This document shows, piece by piece, positions 47,823 through 62,804 of a stretch of DNA of 64,000 bases (position 1 is the first letter of the stretch; the number at the start of each line of letters is the position of its first letter). The stretch is taken from positions 75,888,001-75,952,000 of the forward strand of contig OX597821.1 in assembly GCA_951406725.2 (NCBI GenBank), read 5' to 3'. This DNA is from Octopus vulgaris. Lineage: Eukaryota. The notes beneath the pieces were generated by a model, which did no database searches, had not been told where the DNA came from, and saw nothing but the letters and a program-made list of their open reading frames with translations. A program made the position numbers and the translations under genes.

Positions 47823-48139
47823 TGGACGGTAAGGAGGTCTGTTTTGCTTCGTGCCATTGTGGTTTTGAGGCACGAAACAAAACAGGCCTTACCGTCCAAT
47901 CAACAAAATACATAGTAAATGATCCACAAGCACTCCAGCAAACTCAGTCCTCAACCTGTTTCCTTTGTTAAAAGGTTTGCATGCCTCAAATGACACATTC
48001 GTGTCCATAGAACATGATTATCACCATATTTTACTGAACCCTCATTTGTCGTTCACGGCAAGAATCCATCATATATATATGTGTGTGTGTGTATGTGTGT
48101 GTGTGTGTGCGTGTGTGTGCATGTGTGTTGTGTGTGTAC

Positions 48140-48215
<76 letters not shown>

Positions 48216-48229
48216 GTGTGTGTGTGTGT

Positions 48230-49215
48230 AGGCGTAGGAGTGGCTGTATAGTAAGTAGCTTGCTTATCAACCACATCTTTCCGGTTCCGGGTTCAGTCCC
48301 TCTGCGTGGCACCTTGGGCTAGGTGTCTTCTATTATAGCCTCGGGCCGATCAAAGCCTTGTGAGTGGATTTGGTAGACGGAAACTGAAAGAATCCCGTCG
48401 TATATATGTATGTATATATGTATGTGTGCGTATATACTTTGTATGCCTGTTTGTCCCACAACATCGTTTGATGCTGGTGTGTTTACGTCCCCGTAACTTA
48501 GCCGTTCGGCAAAATAGTACCAATAGTATAAGTACTAGGCTTACAAAGAGTAAGTCCTGGGGTCGATTTGCTCGACTAAAGGCAGTGTACCAGCATAGCC
48601 ACAGTCACTTGACTGAAGCAAGTAAAAGAGAGTGAGTAAAAAAGTATATATATATACATACATATATATATATATATATACTCACAAGGCTTTCGTCGAC
48701 TTGGAGCTATAGTAGAACACACTTGCTCGAGGTGTCACGCAGTGGGACTGAACGCGGTTCCATGTGGTTGGGAAGCAAACTTCTTACCACACAGCCAAGC
48801 CTGTTGTCACCAAACACATCAAGTTTAGAGGAATAGGTTAGTCGTATAGATCGACCCCAGTGTTCAACTGGTACTTATTTTATCGACGCCGAAGGATGAA
48901 ATGTAAAGTCAACCTTGAAAATTTGAACTCAGAAAATATTGATGCTAAGCATTTCCGGGGTTCTTCCGTTTCTGCCAGTTCGTCGCCTTTCAAGCTTCAA
49001 GTATACATCTTTTCTACTCTAGGCACGAGGCCAGAAATTTGGGGACAAGGGATCCTGTCAATTAGATCGACCTCAGTACGCAACTCGTACTTAATTTTTC
49101 GACCCCGAAAAAATGAAAGGCGAAGTCGACCTTGGCGGAATTTGAACGCAGAACGTAAAGACAGACGAATAAGCAATTTGCTCGGCGTGCTAACGTTTCT
49201 GCCAACTCGCTGCCT
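48230..49215. mobile_element. SINE cluster: A (+, 48230-48632), A head (-, 48681-48802), B (-, 48836-48990 and 49007-49215)
   Basis: Family motifs. Confidence 0.8.
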
Positions 49216-49970
49216 TGCTTCAAATATGTAGTATATATTGGCAATGTCGAATTACGGGAGGGTCACGGCTGGATCTTTTGCAGTTGAAGTCTGCTCATCA
49301 TGATTTGAAACTAAGCAACATCATCTAAAACAGTGTCCCAGCAGCCATATTCATCCTTCCACTAACAATTCCTTTTAAACAGCTGATAATATATTCAACA
49401 TACATAATGTTTATATTAGCATTAGGTTATTCAAACAATCCAAAGAAAAAGCAGTATGTATGTATGTATGTATGTATGTATGTATGTATGTATGTATGTA
49501 TGTATGTATGTATGTATTTATATAAGCATACGTGCATGCTTGCTTGTCCGGACGTGTACCTGTATGAATATATGTATGTATGTATATATACATGTAGCTA
49601 GGTAGGTATGTCTATATATCTATATTTACTTATTTGTATATATTTGTATACATATATGTTTATATATATATATAATATATATAAATATATATATTTACTT
49701 ATTTGTATATATATATACAGGTATGTATGTATTTACATGCATATATATATGTGTGTGTGTATTTATATGCATATATACTTAAGCATGTATGTAAGTACAT
49801 ATACACACATACGTCGATAAATCCATACATACATATACATATATGGGTGTGTATGCATACACATCTACACCCATATACACACACACGCATGCACGCATGC
49901 ATGCATATATCAAGCACCCCGAAATCGAAATACATGTTTAGACGTACAAAAAATATGCTGCAGATAAAAA

Positions 49971-50021
<51 letters not shown>

Positions 50022-50040
50022 ACGCACACGCACACGCACA

Positions 50041-50085
<45 letters not shown>

Positions 50086-50285
50086 GCACACACACGCACA
50101 GACTCATGCACAGCCTCAATACACTGAGAGTCAGGGAAGGAGAGTGATTGTGTGTGTGTGTTTGAAATGTGAATTTATTGCATTCTGTAACATATTGCCG
50201 GAAAATATTCCTTGATATCATTTCGAACTGTTAAATCTCTTTAATCTTTCTCAGGATATCTACTCGTCGACTCGTTTGTCTGTGC

Positions 50286-50355
<70 letters not shown>

Positions 50356-50495
50356 ATACATATGTATATACATATGTGTATACATATATATATATATATA
50401 TGTACATATTTATACATATACTTATATATATATACACATATATATATATATATATATGTATAGAGAGAGAGAGAGAGATAGAGAGATAGATAGAT

Positions 50496-50529
<34 letters not shown>

Positions 50530-50600
50530 TTGAATATATCTATACATATATCTAACTAGCTATCAGTTTGTCTTGTCTATCTATCTATCTAGATAGTTGT

Positions 50601-50682
<82 letters not shown>

Positions 50683-50736
50683 GTGTGTGTGTGTATACAT
50701 ATATCTAGCTAGCTATATATCTGTTTGTTTATCTCG

Positions 50737-50791
<55 letters not shown>

Positions 50792-50825
50792 GATGAATAG
50801 ATAGTTGGATACATACATACATACA

Positions 50826-50856
<31 letters not shown>

Positions 50857-50983
50857 GTCTAGCTAGCTATCTGTTTGTTCATGTATTCCTCTATCTATCC
50901 AACTACATTTTATATTTAGGATATATATCTCTACCAGCGTATATCTTTTTCTCTCAGTTCTACTTGTATATGCAATGGCATAC

Positions 50984-51084
<101 letters not shown>

Positions 51085-51125
51085 TTAAATTTAGATAGAA
51101 ATATATTCTTATATTAATATAACTT

Positions 51126-51164
<39 letters not shown>

Positions 51165-51894
51165 TCATGTAATAAAACAATATTTCACATCTGAGCAAAA
51201 AGATATACCACTACCACACACAGGCAGACCTATACATATATACATACATACATACGTACATACATACATACATACATACATACATACATACATACATACA
51301 TAAATACATACATACATACATAGATGCCTAAATACATACATACATAAATACATACATACGCACAAACGTCTAATAAATCTGAAATATTTTAAAGAAATTT
51401 GTCACACTTTAAGCATATACACATTAAGACTACACTGGACAACGACAGAAAATACATCAACAACAACAACAACAACAACAAAATCATAATGTAGAAACGC
51501 ATGATTCTGTAATGTTGAAGCTTTTATAAGACAATGATGACGTTTACTGATGAGATTGTTGTTGGTGTTGTTATTGTTGTTGTTGTTGTTGTTGTTGTTG
51601 TGTTTATTGTTGTCTCTGGAAGTCTGTCGAATGAACTTCGCCTGTTTTTCATAGTGAGACATATAACATCTGGTGAAGCCATTACTTAAAGCTGAGACCG
51701 TCGAACACATCAGACCACACTAAAAAGTAATTATTTAATAAAGCCAAAATAATTTTATCAGAATATAAAGAAGATCAATACACACACACACACACACACA
51801 TACACACACACATATATATAAACATCTGTGTATATAAATGTGTGTGTGTGCAACATATATTTGTATACATACATATATGTATGTATATATATGT

Positions 51895-51925
<31 letters not shown>

Positions 51926-51965
51926 GTATACATGTATATATATATACATATATATATATAAACAA

Positions 51966-52077
<112 letters not shown>

Positions 52078-52462
52078 TATTTGTATGTATGTATATATAA
52101 AACATATGCATATATGGGTATGCATGGGTGTGAAAATGTTGAAAAATATAATGCATAAAATACGATCGCCAATCTAGAAACAACAAGAAGAAAAGTCCAG
52201 ACTACAGCAACAACAATAACTGTAATAGCTACTGCAGGAGCCATCACTCATCAGCATCTCGATGAACAGTTGCAACAGCAACAACAACAACAACAGCAAC
52301 AACACCGACAGGGGCTCTATGGTGACACATTTCAGTTTAGTTTTGTCACACAGAGCATCAGTGAAATTTCAGGAGCGCGATGTCTACCTACGTACCTATA
52401 TATATATATATATATACATACACACACACTAGCATACATCCATGCACACATACATACATACA

Positions 52463-52494
<32 letters not shown>

Positions 52495-52734
52495 CATACA
52501 TACATACATACACACACATACATACATACATACACACACGCATACATACATACACACATACATACATACATACATACATACATACATACATGCATGCATA
52601 CATATATACATATGTATATATATATATATAAATATATATATACATATATATATAGATATAGATATATATATATATATATATGTGTGTATGTGTATCTATA
52701 TGTATATATGTATATATATATATATATGTGTGTA

Positions 52735-52766
<32 letters not shown>

Positions 52767-53013
52767 CGTATGTAATATATATACATATATATATATGTAT
52801 ATATATATACATATGTATATATATATGTATAAATATATATATATATGCATATATATGTATTATGTATGTTTGTATATATATATATGTATGTATGTATATA
52901 TGTATATATATATGATGTGCGGTAGAGAATGACAAAAAGAACAGCATGATAGACATTGAGAGGTGTGGATGTAACGAAGCAAAATTCGTGTATAAGAGAG
53001 AGAGAGAGAGGGG

Positions 53014-53046
<33 letters not shown>

Positions 53047-54819
53047 TAAAGTGAAATGATATGAAAACTGGCAGAGGTCGACGCAGAACGAAGTGTGTGA
53101 AGGTGGGGGGTGCGATTGAGTGAAAGGAAAAAGGAGAAAGGGATCGAAACTGCGAGAGCAATGGAGTGATGAAGAGTTTGGGAGGGAAAAAAAGGTGAAA
53201 AAAAAAAACGGGAGAAAGGGTGAGAAAGAAATTTAGGGATTTTGTTTTGATTTCCTTTATCTGCATTTAATTTTCCACACTTGTAAGACAAAGAGAAAAA
53301 AAAAAGAAAGATATGAGAGGAGAGAAGAAGCGGGGGTGTGGGGGAGAGAGAGAGAGAAAAGAAGGCAAGGGATACGGAGAAGCAGAGAGAAAGACTAAAA
53401 GATAGTATCCGCTCCATGGTTTTTGTCTCGTTTTGTGACTTTTTTTTTCATCTGTTACTTCGTTATTCTTTGCTTCTTGTTCTTCCTTCTTGTTCTTTTT
53501 ATGCCTTCTTTCTAATCTTTTAATTTCCGTTGGCCCTTTTCTTGTCTAAAGACTTTCCTATCGCTTTATACGTTGGTGCCGTTCTTTCTCTCTCTCTCTC
53601 TCTCTATAACAGCTTGGTTCTTTCCCCTTCTTCTTACATCTGCTATGCTCCGAGTGTGTGTGCTTCGTGTTTCTGTGTGTTTGCATGCATGAATGTGTGT
53701 ATGTGTGTCTGTGTGTTTGCATGCATGAATGTGTGTATGTGTGTCTGTGTGTTTCTTGATTTCTTTTAATTTTTTTTTTTTACACATTTATTTATTTTTT
53801 TCCTTTTCTTGTTTCTTGAAAGTTTTCTTGGCGCTACTGAACGCAACTGGAACGTGAAGCAACGGAGCGGGCTTTATTGTTGATGTGGCCACGTTAAAAC
53901 CGTAACAATAATACCTCGCCCACATCTCCCAGCACGTTACCCCTTCGAAGAAAAAAAACATACGCAAACATATATATTTTTAATAATATAACAAAACAAA
54001 GGGCCAAAATTATACAAAGAGAAACAAAAAGAAAAAGAACTGTCACCAATAGTCGATTCAATCAAGTGTATCGAACCGAAACGAAAAAATAAAAAAAGAA
54101 AGGGAGCGTTACGATATGTGACGGTAGGGGCTGTAGTGGAGGTGGTGTTGTTTTTGTGGGCGGTGATGGCGGTGATGGTGGTTGTGGTGGTGATGGTGGT
54201 AGTCGTTTTCGTCGTGGAACAAAAACGACATAGAAAATAAGAATAAGATTAGATGGGCGAAAAATCCTCCACATATGTGTATACATGTGTACAGAAGGGA
54301 GAAGGGGAGAGAAGGAGGGGAGCAGAGTGATATATCTCCGGAGAGAGCGAGGAGAAGAAGGCGGAGGTGAAAAGATTATGCTAAGGAGAATGAGTGATAA
54401 ATCGGAGTAAAAATATAAAAAAAGAGCGATTATATAAGAAATGGAAAACAAAGAGGGAGGTGGAACAAAATGCATGAAAAAAAAAAGGCAAAAAGGATCA
54501 GAGTGACACGAGGGGAACCTTCATATTTTATATTAGTAGAAAGCCTTAAGTTATTGGGTGAGGGTTACAGTCGATGAAATGGAGACTGTATACACCAGTG
54601 GTATTTATTCGAGGGAAGAAAATAGCCTGAAAGTAGTTGCTTTATTTTCGCGCAAAGCAGTTCAATAAAACCCTCAATATAACTCAGTCTTGACTATCTT
54701 TTAAACTGAAGTACGCATTAGACATTGTAGTTCAAGATACATAGAGAAATTAGTCCCTTATGAGTTATCTCATATCATCAACGTTGTCCTGTGACAAGAT
54801 ACAATAACACCTTGAACTA

Positions 54820-55207
54820 GAGCAGAAACGTTAGCACGCCGGGCGAAATGCGTAGCCGTATTTCGTCTGTCTTTACGTTCTGAGTTCAAATTCCGCCGAG
54901 GTCTACTTTGCCTTTCATCCTTTCGGGGTCGATAAATTAAGTACCAGTTACGCACTGGAGTCGATATAATCGACTTAATCCGTTTGTCTGTCCTTGTTCG
55001 TCCCTTTTGTGTTTAGCCCCTTGTGGGTAGTAAAGAAATAGGTATTTCGTCTGTCTGTACGTTCTGAGTTCAAATTCCGCCGGGGTCGATTTCTCTTTTC
55101 ATCCTTTCGGGGTCGATAAATTAAGTACCAGTTGCGTACTGGAATCGATCTAATCGACTGGCCTCTCCCCAAAAATTTCTGGCTTTGTGCCTAGAGTAGA
55201 AAAGAAT
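54820..55207 (+). mobile_element. Dimeric SINE family B
   Basis: Same dimer structure as 7763-8160. Confidence 0.85.
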
Positions 55208-55583
55208 AACACTTTGAGCTAGTAAGAGACCTGCTTGAAATAGTAGCAAAATCTCTCACAAGGCGCTCCTTACAATTTCTAATAATGGAATAACACATTA
55301 AATAATGGGCTTTATATATTAGTTCCATAAATAAGACAGCAGCTCCAATGATCGTTTTTCTTTCAAATCCTCCCTGGATGGTAGTAAAACAGAGGGACGT
55401 AGTAACTGTCAAACTCGTGACCCGGCCAAATTGGTTACCGCAAAGTAAACTCCACTAATGGCACACTAAGACTCTCAAACCAACGCAATGGTATTGCCCC
55501 CATGTCCCAACAACTCACAACACAGAATGTTCAAACACCCACCCCTGTTACCTTTAGATTAATATCTGTTTTCATTGAACGGA

Positions 55584-55637
55584 GGGATTATGACTGACGA
55601 AAGCTTAAGAAAACTGGAAACTAGTCACATTGGTCCC
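55584..55637 (+). ncRNA. Degenerate minimal type I hammerhead-like motif
   Basis: GGGATTATGA-CTGACGA(55594-600), an imperfect stem II, GAAA(55617-20), then CTAG-TC-ACATTGGTCCC. Stem III is the palindrome ACTAGT. Confidence 0.45.
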
Positions 55638-55844
55638 CGGATTTTACTAGGCAAACAGATCAGACTTGCAGTGGAATCATTTTATTAAATTTGTATGTTC
55701 AGTGGAAGTATGCTTTACCTTTTAATTAATAAAAGAACAAAACACAACAAAAAAACTTACTATTGTATTACGCATTAATTAAACTGACAAAGAATTATAT
55801 TTATCTCTTAGTACGTTCATTAATTAACTGCCGCATAAGATATA

Positions 55845-56800
55845 CCTATTTCTTTACTACCCACAAGGGGCTAAACACAGAGAAGACAAACGGATTAAGT
55901 CGATTATATCGACCCTAGTGCGTAACTGGTACTTATTTAATCGACCCCGAAAGGATGAAAGGCAAAGTCGACCTCGGCGGAATTTGAACCCAGAACGTTG
56001 CGGCAGACAAAATACGGCTAAGCATTTCGCCCGGCTTAGCCGTATTTCGTCTGCAGCAAAATTAATATAACACTTCTTATTTATTTTGAACAGTGGCCCT
56101 TAATCGGGGTCCGTATCACCACTGGAGGCCCTTAATAAGATTTTGTCGATAAAATTTATGTGGAATAAATTGGTTGTACTTTCAGAATTCTATTATTTTC
56201 TTATTTGTTTTAGTCATTTACTTTATCGGCCCCGAAAGATTGAGGGGAAAAGTCGATGGGATTCGAACTCCGCTTAGCATTTTGTGCGGCTTACCAACGA
56301 TTCTCTCGGTTCACCACTTTATGTGACATAGTAATGGATTCAACTTTTGGCACAAGGCCAGCAGTTTCGAGGAGGGGTAATTCGATCATATCGACCCAAG
56401 TACACGGCTGGGACTTATTTCATTGACCCGATAAGAGGAAAGGAAAATTGACCTCGGTGGAATTCGAACTGAGAACGTAAAGACGGACGAAATGTGGCTA
56501 AACATTTTGTCCGGCGTTCTAATGATTTTTGCCTTACGTGACAATAATTATTTCAAATTTTTGCCACAAGAAGGTGTAGATGAGTCGATTAGATCGACCC
56601 CATTACTATGTCACATAGAGTGGTGAGCTGGAAGAATCGTTGGTAAGCCGCACAAAATGCTAAGCGGAGTTCGAATCCCGTCGACTTTTCCCCTCAGTCT
56701 TTAGGGGCCGATAAAGTAAGAACCAGTTGCGTACTGTTGTCGATGTAATCGACTTTTCCCCGGTCCCCAAATTTTCAATCGTTATACCTTTATTAGAATG
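55845..56800. mobile_element. SINE B cluster with local inversions
   Basis: Copies at 55845-56035 (-), 56218-56320 (-), 56340-56530 (-) and 56615-56800 (+). Confidence 0.8.
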
Positions 56801-56839
56801 GTATGTTATAACGTTACATATCAAAATTCGCAACCATTT

Positions 56840-57918
56840 TTGTCACATGTCCTACCATATCGCTCCGCTTTCGTCACAGTGCAATAAATCATTGCTGACA
56901 TCGATGGCGTCCTTGATGCCCTCAAACACAGCAGCATTAAAATTTTTGTTGATAGCTCTAAGCTTCTGAAGATCGTCGAAAGTGTAGGGGACCCGACTAA
57001 TTTCCAATCGAAAAGAAAAATCTAATGGATACAAAAACGCAATATGCTCCTAAGCGAGGATACATTTGAATTAATCCGCTTTGGTGAGGAGGCTTCATTT
57101 AAGCTGCCATACACTTTACTCTCGGTCGAAAATCTCGTGGCACCAAACACCACAAGGGACCTCGGACTAACTGTCGACAACAACTTAGTCTGAAGTGTTC
57201 GTATGAATAGCACAGTCGATATGACCCGTAGGGCGTGCTCCTGGATCCTCAGTACTTTTCGGTCTAGAGACGCTCTGATCATTATCTTTTTCTTCTCCAC
57301 TTTCGCCCATACTCACCTTGAATACCATTATTTGCCCTGGTTTGGTTTCCCTACACGAAGCACAATATTATAAAACCTGAATCAACCCAGAGATCAATCG
57401 CAGAAAAATACATGACAGATCATGATTATTGGGATCGTCTCTAGAAACTCAAACTCTGCTCCCTTCAACACCGCTAAGAACGCTATATCATTTATATGAT
57501 GCAGAAAATATTCTTATATTCCAACTGCATTGCCTAAGATTTATTGGCATCAAGCTCAAAGTTCACCCAAGGGTGTCTTCGTGCCATCCGTCGTCTACGA
57601 AAATCACGCTCGCGTTACATTCACAACACTAAAACAGTTATTTCACCTCAACTGGCCCTGCTTTCTTTAACATCATGCCAAAACATACAGAAAACAAAAA
57701 GATCTTGTAAGATTCAAGCGGGTCCTGCCGAATTTCTCCAACAAATTCCAGATAAACCACCTACACTCGGATATAGATTTGCAATCAATAACAATTTACT
57801 CCAACGGGTTGCAGTGACCAAAGAATGAGTGTAATATGAAACGTCATAAAATGTCTTTTCCAAGTGCTGCTATGAATTAGACATGGTGTGGACAGATACT
57901 ACCCGAAACTTATCTCAG
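56840..57918 (+). mobile_element. 3' portion of a degraded CR1/L2-group LINE
   Basis: KHSSIKIFVDSSKLLK and RDLGLTVDNNLV..RRACSWILSTFRSRD. Homologous to 16501-17100. Confidence 0.8.
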
Positions 57919-57959
57919 TATGTGTGTGTGTGTGTGTGTGCGCGCGTATGTATATGGAT

Positions 57960-58005
57960 ATCCTTGTGAGTGGATTTGGTAGGCGAAAACTGAAAGAACC
58001 CCGTC

Positions 58006-58067
<62 letters not shown>

Positions 58068-58108
58068 ATAGAGAGATGTATGTATGTATGTATGTATGTA
58101 TGTATGAT

Positions 58109-58140
<32 letters not shown>

Positions 58141-58489
58141 CGTTTGTCCTTCACCACTACTCGCTTGACAATCGATGCTGGTGTGTTTACCTCTCCACAA
58201 TTTAGCGGACCAGCATAAGGGGCCGATAGAATAAGTACTAGGCTAACAGAAAATAAGTCTTGGGGTGGATGTGTTCGACTAAAACCCTTAAGACGATGCT
58301 GTAGCGTGGCTGCAGTCAAATGGCTGAAACAAGTAAAAGAATAATAGAATGCATAAATATGGCGGGCTTCTTTCAGTTTCCGCCTTCCAAACACCCCTCG
58401 CAAGAGTTTGGTCGGCTCGAGGCTATATTAGCAGACAATTGCCCAAGGTGTCACGCAGTGTGACTGAACCCAGAACCACGTGGCTGGGA

Positions 58490-58490
<1 letters not shown>
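57960..58490. mobile_element. SINE A partial (+, 57960-58340) followed by an inverted head (-, 58360-58490)
   Basis: Family motifs. Confidence 0.75.
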
Positions 58491-58539
<49 letters not shown>

Positions 58540-58889
58540 ATATATATGTTCAGCGTGAGTAGGCGAGCTTCATTTCAAGCCATTTCAGTTATTATTCCAA
58601 ACTGAACTTTTTAAGGGTTCACTTTTATGTACGCCGCCGCCACGCTCACTCCCGTCGCCTCCACCACCAGCAAACAAGCAAGCAGCTAATGTAACCACGG
58701 TCGAACAGTATCTTTGCTGTGTTTCCGAAGGCCGCCGATTGATTCTTCGAAAAAGTCGGTAGTTGAGTTGATAGTTTTGTTTAGTCTGAAAGCCGACAGT
58801 CATTAAGATTGCATTCATACTTTGACTCGATGCTCGAAATTACTCCTTTATCAACTTCATTTGTTACTTCAACCAATTCTACAATAAAG

Positions 58890-59570
58890 CCATCACTGCC
58901 ACCGACGATGCCACCGCCGCTGCCGACGCTACCACGGCTGCTGCCGCCGCCGCAGCAGCTACCGTCGATATTAGCCAGCTATCATTTCCAGTCTCGTCAA
59001 TGAGTCGTGGAGAGGCAGTGTGAGTTGCTGTGACAAGAGCAGCAGCCTTCCTCATTTTGATGGTGGTGGCGGTGGTGGTTGTGGTGGAGGTGGTGGTTGT
59101 GGTGGTAATGGGAGTGGAGGAAGTAATAAGGATGTTGGCGGTGGGAGGGGGGAGAAGTGGTGCCGGTGGTTATGCTGATGTTGATGCTGGTTTCGAGGTG
59201 GGGTTGAGCCGATGCTGGTGTTGAGGTGGTGATATTTATGATGACGGCGATAGTGATGATGCTGGCAACAACAAGAGTACTGGTGATGGTGGTGGTGGTG
59301 GTGGTGGTAGCAGTTGGTAGTGATGGTGGTTGTGGTGTTGATGGTATTGTTGTTGTGGTGGTGTTTATGGTGTTAAATGCGATGGCGATGATGGTAGTTA
59401 TGGCGGCTGTATTGTAATAGCAATGATAATGGAGGTGACGGAGTCTGACGATGAAGGTGGCGCTAGTGATGACAATGATGGTGGTGTCGATGGCGAAAGA
59501 AGAAACAGCTGAGACGGTGGTGGTGGTGGTGGTGGTGATGGTGGTGGTGGTGGTGGTTCTGGTGGCGATA
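58890..59570. repeat. (GCC/GGT/GAT)n low-complexity, CpG-containing tract
   Basis: Directly visible. Confidence 0.8.
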
Positions 59571-60303
59571 TGGGCGCGATTACAAACAGAACTGATGCTC
59601 TGTGACCGTGCAAAAGACGCGGAGTAATTGTCGATGGTTCACGCAAGATCAGCGAGTTGGCTTCCGGTTATCGTTAAAGTCCTTCACTCGATCGCCTTTA
59701 CTGTTGTGGAGTGGAGAGGAAGAGGAGGATGGGGGTGGGAGAGGGAGGAATGATAGTTGAACGCAACAACAACAACAACAACAGCAAGAATAAAATAATG
59801 GTGAAAAATATCCAAAACAAAAAGCAAAACCAAATAAAATCTAAAGTAAGTTGTTAAGAGAGACCAGATAGAAAACGAATGATGGGCTGATAGCGATAGT
59901 GGTTGCGGTGGTAGGAGAAGATAAGGCGGTAATGCGAGAAGGAAGAGGACAGGGAAACAGTGGCCATGCTGGTGGTGGAGTTGGAGGCGACGGTGCGGGT
60001 GTTGAGTGTAAAAAAAAAGAAAAAAATTGTGTCTTTTTTATTCCTTTTTTCATAAAAAAATATGGTGGAAAATATGATAAGGGAAGTGAAAGGAAAGAGA
60101 AAGGGAAGTGAAAGGAAAGGAGTGCTAATATTAAAGGAATGGAGGTGGAAATATTAAGTTGAATAAAACTGCCATTAGGAAAAAATACCGCTTCTATCAC
60201 ACACGCTTCCATTTGCTTCTTTTAACTTCTTATTCTCTCTCTCTCTGTTCTGTCTCTCTCCTTTATCTGTCTTTCTCCCAACGCTTATCTCTCTCCTTCC
60301 TTC

Positions 60304-60360
<57 letters not shown>

Positions 60361-60826
60361 CCTATCTATCCTACTTCTCATAGGCTTTCCTTCTCAATAT
60401 TTATACATCTATCCATCAATGAATCGGTTTCCCTCACTGGGCGTGTGTTTAGGCGTGTGTTTCTCCATGTGTGTATTAGTGTATGCTTGTATGTGTGCGT
60501 GTGTGTTATTGTGTGTGTGTGCCCACGTGTTCCGTGCGCGCCTGTTAGTCCGTTTCTACTCTACGAATTCTCCCTTTAGCTCTTCCTCGAAAGATTTCTC
60601 TTTCCCTCTTTCTTCTACACAAGTTTTTCTCCCCATTCTCTATCTCTTTTTCTTTTGCAAGTCCAAAACGTTTCTTTCTCTCCCTCCCTCTCTCCTTCCC
60701 TCTCTTTCAAAAAACATACCCTCTTTCAACCCTCCTTCTTATAATCTCATTACATTCTTTCAGTGTCTCAACCTTTCTCGTGTATCCTCTCCAGTTATTT
60801 CCATCAAATGGCTGTCTCTCCCTACA

Positions 60827-60904
<78 letters not shown>

Positions 60905-60962
60905 CACTCACACATATATATGCATAGCTACCTACCTGCCTGTCTGCTTACATATCTATCTG

Positions 60963-61021
<59 letters not shown>

Positions 61022-61060
61022 ATCTGTCAATCTATCTATCTATCTATCTATCTATCAATC

Positions 61061-61141
<81 letters not shown>

Positions 61142-62086
61142 GTCTATCTATCTATCTATCTCTGTAATTGCACAACGTGACTCATTCATGCAGAACCACG
61201 CACATTTTTATGTTGACTTTCATCTACACACTTCTTCTTTCTACCACACAGCTATACATAATCCTATTTCTCAATTTCCTTTCACCATTTTGTCGCTCTC
61301 ACGCACTCCTCTTTTATTCTGACACCTCAAATAGGTTTGATCATTCTTGTAGAAAGTGTTGATGGCTATCGATTTTTCAACTTTTTGCAATTGTACTATC
61401 GGTTATATCGATTATGATGTGATTTCACGATAGAATACCAATGGCACGAGAAATGTGCCTATCTTTCTAGGTGACCGGACGCTGATCAGAAGCTTGGCTG
61501 GTTTCTAAGGAGGCGCCAGCTGTGAAAGGTCAAGAGACGCTTGAGGAAAGAAAACAGACAGTCAGCCGTGTGCTATATGAACGAATGCAACCTAACACAT
61601 ATGGAAACTCAAATATATACAGCTCTGTTACACACGTACACACGCATACACACACATTTAGGTGTGTGTCTGTGTGTGTTTGTGTGTTTGTCTGTGCGTG
61701 CGCGAGTGTGTGTATTAAATATCTTCAGTTCTGTAGAAAATATTTTTTCATGATTACGAAGTATTGAGAGGGCTCAATGGATGAGAAAAAATATCAAATT
61801 TATAGCAATAATATATAGAAATATTTATCGATAGAGTTCAGACGAAACGCACATGAAAATAAAATCAAAACACATATTAAAATCTAAATATTTGCAATAT
61901 ATTTCATGTTCGGACATATTGCGTTTGTGGTAGAGAAATCACAGACATGTGCAATAATATTTATATCATCGTCATTGGAGAACAAAGACACGACTAAGAT
62001 GTCCGATGTATATACCGTCGCCTGAAAAGCAACGAGATGCGGATAGAACCGGAAACGAACGATTGGTTTCACAAAAGAAAGCGAAA

Positions 62087-62463
62087 AGTGGTTCTCAACG
62101 AGGGTCTACACGACTCTTTGGGGTCCATATGACCCAAGGTGTGTGTGTATGGGGAAAGAGCACATAACCTTTGGAGGAGGGAGGGGTCTATATAAGGTTT
62201 TGTTATTAAAATTATTTATGTGCAATAAATTAGTTATAATTTTACGGCACACAGATTATACTCTTTAAAACTTTCAGTCATTTGACTGCGGCCATGTTGG
62301 AGCACCAAATTTAATCGAACAAATCGACCCCAGATCTTATTCCTGGTAAACCTGGTACTTATTCGATCCGTCTCTTTTGCGAAACCACTAAGTTACGTGT
62401 ATGTAAACACACCAACATAGGTTGTCAAACAATGGTGGTGGGGCAAACACAGACACACACACA

Positions 62464-62507
<44 letters not shown>

Positions 62508-62804
62508 CACACGACGGGCTTCTTTTCCGTCTACCAAATCCACTCACAGGCTTTGGTCGGCTCGAGGCTAAAGAAGAAGACACTTGCCCAATGTGCCACG
62601 CAGTGGGACTGAACCCGGAATCATGAGGTTGGGAAGCAAGCTTCTCACTGCACAGCTACGCTTTTTTTTTTAAATATTATTCTTAATAATATTTAATTAT
62701 GAAATATAATAAGACTTATTAAAACATGGAATGGCTATGAGAGTCCTTCTGAGTAAAACTGAAATCAAAGGACTCCATTGGTAAAACAATGGTTAGAAAC
62801 CACA
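62087..62804. mobile_element. hAT (MER5/Charlie-like) MITE interrupted by a SINE A (-, ~62265-62660)
   Basis: Termini AGTGGTTCTCAAC / GGTTAGAAACCAC resemble CAGTGGTTCTCAA-type TIRs. No 8 bp TSD was found. Confidence 0.55.

Noticed and set aside
52170-52390. PolyQ (+) or Cys-rich (-) peptide
   Set aside because: A short (CAA/CAG)n tract with no convincing start, splice sites or domain.
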